Shown in pieces: positions 56,295 to 64,000 of a stretch of 64,000 nt of DNA (within the stretch, counting starts at the first letter, position 1; each line of letters opens with the position of its first letter). The position numbers and the translations under genes are program-made. The stretch spans positions 30,008,001 through 30,072,000 of the forward strand of contig OX597820.1 of the NCBI GenBank assembly GCA_951406725.2, given 5' to 3'. Below the pieces are notes generated by a model. It saw only the letters and a program-made list of their open reading frames with translations, did no database searches and was not told the origin of the DNA. This DNA comes from Octopus vulgaris (lineage: Eukaryota).

Positions 56295-56639
56295 TATGAG
56301 CAGCTTGTGAATACCTAGATCACAAGAAATGACATGGAGTGGAAAGGAATTTGTAAGGGCTTGCAAGTCTTAATGAGTCCCCAAAAGAACATTCAAAAGG
56401 GCTGTTCCAGAACTGCGCCATGTCTTAGGGACAAGGATGAAAGCAATGAGACTACCAGTGCAAAAGAGAGAACCTGTCTGTTGCACTGATGGCAATAGAA
56501 ACCATGAGGGCTTTCGGCTTCTGTGGAACTCAAACTATAAAACACTTATAGTGATAAAAAGACAGAGAGGACGGGGCTAAAAGACATTTCATCATAGGAC
56601 TGATTGATTGATCAGGGCTGACCTGGGGCTAAACAAGAA

Positions 56640-56704
56640 CATTATGTCATCACCATCACTATCACCATTGTTTCATCCATTATCATCATCATCATCATCA
56701 TCGC

Positions 56705-56735
<31 letters not shown>

Positions 56736-56873
56736 ATCATCATCATCATCATTATCATCACTACCACCGCCAGTACCGGCATCACCATCACCGCTACTAC
56801 CATCATCTCCATCATCATCTCCCTCATAAGCACCCCTATTACCACCACCACCACCACCACCGTCGTCGTCATC

Positions 56874-56917
<44 letters not shown>

Positions 56918-57235
56918 AATCATCATCATCATCATCATTACACCCCCCACCGTTGCCGCAAACGCCGCCGCCAATACCACCACCACCATCACCGCCGCCG
57001 CCGCCACCACCACCACCACCACCACCACCACCACCACCACCACCACCACCACCACCACCACCATCACTACAAACATCAATATCATTACCATCATCATTAG
57101 CAGCAGCATCATCATCAGCAGCATCATCATCAGCAGCAGCAGCATCTTCAGCATCATCATCAGCATCATCGTCATCACCATCATCGTCGCAATCACAGTC
57201 AACATCATCGTCACCATCATCGTCAACATCGACAT
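56640..57235. repeat. Compound trinucleotide low-complexity tract (CAT/CAC/CGC/CAG)n
   Basis: Read directly. Similar tracts lie at 7570-7920, 9450-10800 and 50290-50540. Confidence 0.9.
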
Positions 57236-57567
57236 GTTCTCTCAAACGCACACACTTCATCGATCTGCATAAATTTAATTCCTCATTTCAGCCTGTGTGA
57301 TTTACAGAGAAGCAAATTGCCATATATGGACATCTACGTGCGTGTAAATAAAGGAAAGAAGTGTCTGTATTCTAGATGAGTAAGCAAACACAGATACACA
57401 GATACACACAAGTGTAATGTTAATCATATCTATTGAGTTGTTTGTTTTCTTTTCTCTCTACAAGGAGGATCTTTTCTCTAATACTATTGGTTCCCAGTTT
57501 CCAGAACCATCCATCACTTGATGTCTCAATTGTTACATCACGAATGTTATTATATGTGTATGTATAT

Positions 57568-57641
<74 letters not shown>

Positions 57642-57732
57642 ATATATATATATGTTTATATATATATATATATATTTACATGTATGTATGCATATGCATG
57701 TATATATATGTGTGTGTTTATATGTATGTATG

Positions 57733-57856
<124 letters not shown>

Positions 57857-57968
57857 TGCATATATATATATGTATATATATTTGCATATTTGTATACACA
57901 TATATACATATATGTATATATATATAAGTATTTGTATCTATGTATATATGTACATGTGTGTATATATG

Positions 57969-58017
<49 letters not shown>

Positions 58018-58176
58018 ATATGCATACATATATACATATAATTTGTGTGTTTGTGTGTGTGTGTGTTTGAGTGTGTGTAGTATATCATACAGGTATAAAG
58101 CATATTTAGAGTAATGCGTAATATATGTGTGTATATATATATGCATCTGAGTGTCTACATATGTAGTATGGTTCAT

Positions 58177-58245
<69 letters not shown>

Positions 58246-58820
58246 CGTGTGTGTGTGTGGTATAAATCCACATCTGTTCGTGAATGACCAGTATGCTTTC
58301 ACAATTGGAGAAACAACGGAAGTGACGAAATTTCATAAACGTAAAACACCAGCGACATCTCACCCGACGCTATGACAGCGGCCACTTTTGGAAGGTTCAT
58401 TCTTTACAGGTACTCCTTGGTATTCCAGGGAGTACCTGTTAATGGAATTGAATATAAAGAGTCAATAGTGCACAGAAATACATTACTTGGATGATAGAAC
58501 GGATTTCCTGCAAGTGTCCCAACATTGAATGAGACACACCGTAGCTCTACGATGCAGTTTTTACAACAGAGTTACCTTCTCCTGGTTTGATGTTCTGACA
58601 AGATCTTGAAAGTTTTCACTTGTAAACTGGTCTTTCACTAAAGCGCTCGTTCACTATCTGCAGCATTGCAATTTGTGTCGCGGGATAATTATTGACCCTG
58701 CTTTGGGTTCATCTGTTCTTTAAAGAAGTTTTATTATTTGATTCTAATAACCTTTATTTAGGCATACATTCATATAGGCATGCATACGCACATCTGTGTA
58801 TGTATGTGTATATGTCGTAC

Positions 58821-58864
<44 letters not shown>

Positions 58865-58937
58865 AGACTTTAGCTCTCATTTCTAAACAGGTTGATGCTC
58901 ACTGCATCATTAAGGCTTCGTGCTAATTATATACATA

Positions 58938-59000
<63 letters not shown>

Positions 59001-59191
59001 AATCTCTGAGTGAGGTATAAACAGTAACAGCACGATATTGTGAAGTATATTTGCCACTTAAATGTGGCTAACCCACACACAAACACATACATACATATAT
59101 ATAAATGTAAATATGTCGTACAGGTATAAACTTAGATAAACTTAGATATGTTTCGACCAGAGATTGGTCCAGGCCATGTCTAACTTAATAG

Positions 59192-59228
<37 letters not shown>

Positions 59229-59274
59229 ATATATATATATATCTGTGTGTGTGTGTGTGTGTGTATGTGTGTGT

Positions 59275-59311
<37 letters not shown>

Positions 59312-59880
59312 CATGCATTCGCTTGACAACCGGTGTGGTTTGTTTAGATACTTGGAATTCAGCGGTTAGGCAAAAGAGACTGATAGAATAAGTACGAAAG
59401 TATATATACGTGCATCCATATATGTATATATGCATTCGTACATGCGTACGTATATGATGTAACTTTAATAACCTATGAACACAACTCTCCAGTTTTGTTT
59501 AGCTTTCTGTATGTATTCTCTGAACTATCCGACTGCAGAATTCAACCAAATGAAACTCTGGTTATTACACAAATCTTCCAAACAGTTTGCCTTTAGATAT
59601 AAACGTATCCACATGGAGTGTAAATACTGGTTATTTGTTGTAAAATTCAAATGTAAAAATGTTAAATTCAAATTTAAATCGCTATTTTTAAAATCCTTAT
59701 AAAATCCTTATATATAACTTATATAAATTATAAAGTTATTTTACATAAATAATAAAGTTAACGTTTGTCATCCAAGTTTTATGGTAATCCGTAAGCAGCA
59801 TTTAGTAGCATCTTAATGCATCTTTTTTTTATCAGTACCCGTCAAAACATTTATTGTAATTATTTATTGTTATCATTACA

Positions 59881-59912
<32 letters not shown>

Positions 59913-59920
59913 CATTATTA

Positions 59921-60046
<126 letters not shown>

Positions 60047-60070
60047 GAGTATAAAGTAGAAAAGGATAGA

Positions 60071-60348
60071 TTTCACATACAGCTCATAATTTAATTGTAC
60101 TAAACAGATGTTTCAGTGGCATACACCATCATCATTTATATAATTACATAATCAAAATGCATAATTAATAAATATATCAATTTAAAAGCGATATTTCATC
60201 CATATTGCTGGGATTTTTCTCCTGATGATATGTGTAACATCACTTTTAAATCAATTAATTATTTTAATTAAGTACTTTTTTTAATAATGAGGTTTTATGA
60301 CATTAAAACACCTGTTGAATATAATTAAATCATGAACTATATTTGAAA
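60071..60348. repeat. Degenerate fold-back with hammerhead relics in both arms
   Basis: Arms tttcacatacagctcataatttaatt.. and ..aattaaatcatgaactatatttgaaa. The minus strand has TGATGA-tggtgtatgccact-GAAA-catctg-TT. Confidence 0.6.
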
Positions 60349-60444
60349 GTTAGGCTTTTATTCTTTTTAACTTGAAACTTAAACTCTCAACGATTGTTTT
60401 AGGTGATGCCATATATACATACACCTATGTTATTACCGATTGTA

Positions 60445-60701
60445 ATGGGTTGGTGCATAATTATTGCGACTTTTTGTCAACAAATTTTATCCAACAAAAT
60501 CAGTAACAATATGTAACAAAAACATCTTTAAATTATTATTCCGGAGTATATTCACCATCTTCTTCATTTGCTGCTTCCCAGCAATTGCTTGGCAGACGGT
60601 CAGACCGTCATTTAAAGATACTTTCGTTAAATATTGTTATTGTATTTGTCGAATAAAATTTGTTGAAAAAAAAAATCGCAATGACTTATACACCAACCCA
60701 A
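60445..60701. mobile_element. Mariner-derived MITE
   Basis: Same TIRs as 45080-45328, TA-flanked. Confidence 0.88.
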
Positions 60702-60818
60702 TAATAACGTAATAGTTTTCTATGTATGTGTGTATGTATGTATGTATGTATGTATGTATGTATATGTGTATGTATGTATATATGTATGTATGTATGTATG
60801 TATATATATATATGTGTG

Positions 60819-60866
<48 letters not shown>

Positions 60867-60911
60867 CATATGTATGCATGCTTGTATGTATGTACACATG
60901 TATGTATTTTG

Positions 60912-61228
60912 TGAAGGCGCATGGCTCAGTGGTTAGAGCGTCGAGCTTACGATCGTGAGGTTGTGAGCTCAAACACCGGACCGGGCAAGACACTTTATTT
61001 CACGTTGCTCCAGTTCACTCAGCTGTAGAAATGAGTTGCGACATCACTGGTGCCAAGCTGTATTGGCCTTTGCCTTTCCCTTGGATAACATTAGTGGCGT
61101 GGAGAGGGGAGGCCGATATGCATGGGTGACTGCTGGTCTTCCATAAACAACCTTGCCCGGACTTGTGCCTGGGAGGGTAACTTTCTAGGCGCAATCTATG
61201 GTCTGTGTCGTGACCGAAGGGGGTTTCA
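60912..61228 (+). mobile_element. tRNA-derived SINE family D
   Basis: gaaggcgcatggctcagtggttagagcg A-box head and gggcaagacactttatttcacgttgctccagttcactcagctg core. Confidence 0.8.
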
Positions 61229-62044
61229 GATGTATGTATGTATGTACGTTATGTCGGGTCGTTCTTGGGCGCTACTGGTAACATGTAACCCAGCACAACC
61301 TGTTGCATGGTCGGGTCGTCGACGACTAAACTGGTAACCCCATCAAGCTTACTTGGTGAAGAGGGTGATTGTTGCACACCCTACGGGACGAAAAATAAGA
61401 CATGAGCAGTCAACGGCCATCCAACAATATTTGTACATATATATGTATGCGTGTATGTATGCACGGGGAAGTGGAAATACTTGGGTTGGTGTTCAGGCGC
61501 GCGGTTGGCCTACTGGGAATGGAAGGCCCCTCTGTTGTTGTTCTCACTAGGAGAAGGAAGCTCTGAGAGAAGGCCTGTGACACTGACAGTATTCGATGAT
61601 GTAGACTAGTCCTTCTTTTCGAGTGTATGTTGTCCATGTCCAGAGAGTGGGATTGAATTTGTGCAAATCCCTTCTCCACTATAAAAAAACCATCATGTAC
61701 AGGCATCACTTGAAAAATGGCAGGTCGTAGTAGCCTTCGCATATGTGGGACTTTCGATCAGGTGATGGTAAAACTCGAACATGAGTTTGCAGCCATCATC
61801 TATGTGTGTGTATGTGTATGTGTGTTTGTGTGTGTGTGTGTGGTGTATTATATTTCTTGTCATTGAAGAAAGCCGTTTTCTCAGTTAGATCGTCATTGAA
61901 ATTTCAACACCAACAGAATAGTTGCGCATGTATGTGAGTATATGTAAAAGTATTTGGAGTCAATATCTATAGATTTCTATGTTTTGTTTTATGCATAATA
62001 ACTATTGTCTAGACATGCAGCAATACGTATACATATAGTTTCAC

Positions 62045-62500
62045 GTCTAGACATATGCTCATGCATCTATTTACATGCTAAACTTCTGGAAAGTTTTACA
62101 TAACTTGACTGTTCCATTGATGTCTAGTAGTCTTCCAATTAGCTATCTCCCTTCTGGTTTTCCGAACCATAATTTCTCAAGATTAGTATGGAGGCAGTTT
62201 GTTCATATACCAGTACCTCAATAATTACGAGTATAAATCTGAACGTGTATTCTGGGTTGTGTAGCTGTAAATTTCTTAATGATTTAGTGTAGGTGTTTTC
62301 GCTTTCACTAATCTTTAGCTTTCTGTTGACATCTGCAGGGCAATTGATTTCCAATACTCCATATAGTTTCTCTTTTCTGCACCAGATCAGTGTGTCTGGT
62401 CTATTATGTTTGCATTTTATTGAGGTTTTTACAGAGACATTCCACCAGTAATCTTTGGTATTATGAATTGTTATGGTCTCTGCCACACTGGGTTCTTATA
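62045..62500 (-). mobile_element. RLE-LINE 3' fragment, apparently continuing at 63741-63800 beyond the mariner
   Basis: YWWNVSVKTSIKCKHNRPDTLIW...LEINCPADVN carries the PD-(D/E) RLE motif. C-terminus GTVKLCKTFQKF. Confidence 0.75.
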
Positions 62501-62502
62501 TA

Positions 62503-63738
62503 CACGGTCTGACAAAAAATATTTGGACTAATGCAATAAAAAGAAAACTGCAACAGACATCAATTTTGCATTTAGTCTCCTTTGAAGTGGTCCCCTTCTG
62601 AAGCCGCACACTTTATTCAGCATCGTTTCCATTGATAGAAGAATTTCTGGAACTCCTTTTTGGGAAGAGGAAAAATTCGCAAGGGACGAGATCTGGTGAA
62701 TATCGTGGTTGATAGATCTGGGGAATGTTGTGCTTGGCCCAAAACTGCTGCACAAACTGCGCTGAATGGGCAGGTGCGTTGTCATGATGGAGATACCTCT
62801 GACCGGACGCATGCAATTCTGTCCTTTTCCGAAGAACAGTATCTCGCAAACGTCGCAAAACGTCGCGGTAGTACTTCTTGTTCACTGTTTGGCCAGGTGA
62901 AGCATACTCATGATGAACTATCCATTCTAGGCGAAAAAGGGTATCTACAGTGTCTTCACATTTCTTCGACTCATTCGTGCTTTCTTTTTCGCGAAGAGGT
63001 CGGGGTCTTCCATTGAGCCATGGTTTTAGTGTCATAACCATAGATCCACGATTCATCACCTGTTATGACCATTTTTTAAAAGTTTTTTTTTCCTCAACAC
63101 AGTCAAAGAGATCTTGTACAGCTGAAACCCGATCTTCTTTTTGGCCAGTCGAAAGCAGATTTGGCACAAACTTGGCAGACACACGTCTCATACCCAAATC
63201 TTCAGTGAGAATGAACTGAACTGAACTGTAACTAATATTCACATTCTTCGACAACTCACGCACAGTGATTCGACGGTCGTTCCGAACAGCTTCTCACACA
63301 TTTGCAATGTTTTCTTCAGTTCCGCTGGTCTCTGAAAACGTGCGTCACTGTCGACATTTTGTCGGCCATCTTAGAAATGTTTGAACCACTCGTACACTCG
63401 TGTCTGGCTCAGACACACCTCTCCATATACTTTCCGCAACTTTGCGTCGGTCTCTGCGCATATATCACCAAGCTTTTGGCAAAATTTTATACAGATTGTC
63501 TGCTCAGTTTTCTCTGCTATGGTCTCTGATGGAACCTCTGTGGTGTTCTGAAACAGCCACACTCTACACTCTTTACTTCCAAGCACTGCTGCAAACAACG
63601 GAAGTAAGTGAGAACTTTATAACTTTGTGTGTATGCGCTACAGAGTTCAAGGTGTATCTCTGTGCGAAGCGGCTTCATTCTGTCTACTTTAACTCCGTTA
63701 CCATAGCAACAGTCCCGATATTTTTTTATCAGACCTCG
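62503..63738 (-). mobile_element. Full-length decayed mariner transposon
   Basis: TIRs ta|cacggtctgacaaaaaatat and atatttttttatcagacctcg. Transposase remnants ICIKFCQKLG..VYEWFKHF, LGMRRVSAKFVP, ITGDESWIYGYD, HHDNAPAH and YSPDLVPCEFFLFPK, with frameshifts. Confidence 0.93.
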
Positions 63739-64000
63739 TGTTTGATCATAGTATTATCCTTCAAGAGGAACTCATTGTACATTTTCGGAGATATGTTGTA
63801 CGTAAGCATGTATGTATAATGTATGTACATGTATGTACGTACGTATGTATGTATATATGATCCAATGACGTCATTCAAAGTCCAATGGTGTGTTTTCAGG
63901 CAAAATATGTTTCAGAATTTTCCCCCTCCGATTATTTCCGCATCGAAAAGTTTTCCCATGTTCATGTGTGCACGAGCATGTTAAATACATTTGTAGGTAC

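Noticed and set aside
56642-57300. Poly-Asp/Gly/Pro ORFs resembling acidic or proline-rich proteins
   Set aside because: Open in several frames on both strands because of trinucleotide repeats. Similar tracts occur throughout the window.

Overview
AT-rich, extremely microsatellite-rich eukaryotic (metazoan) non-coding DNA. The repeat repertoire suggests an octopus/coleoid cephalopod genome (inference). No intact host protein-coding gene is supported: almost all listed ORFs are translations of (TA)n, (CA)n, (TACA)n, (TAA)n, (GAT)n or (GGT)n repeats, and the rest are decayed transposon ORFs. The window contains a 5'-truncated Penelope-like (Neptune-type) element, R4/Dong-like and other RLE-LINE fragments, Tx1/L1 and RTE fragments, a decayed full-length mariner, Tc1/mariner MITEs, a composite non-autonomous Helitron, several tRNA-derived SINE families, fold-back elements and a perfect 3' half of U6 snRNA. 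The most notable signal is a dense set of minimal type-I hammerhead ribozyme (HHR) motifs: at least 7 with an intact core plus several relics, in short sequence islands that are often embedded in microsatellites. The Penelope element itself carries a hammerhead with a compensatory G3:C8 core swap (GUGAUCA) that standard CUGANGA searches would miss. All family assignments are from motif recall, not database searches; boundaries are approximate unless TSDs or TIRs are cited.
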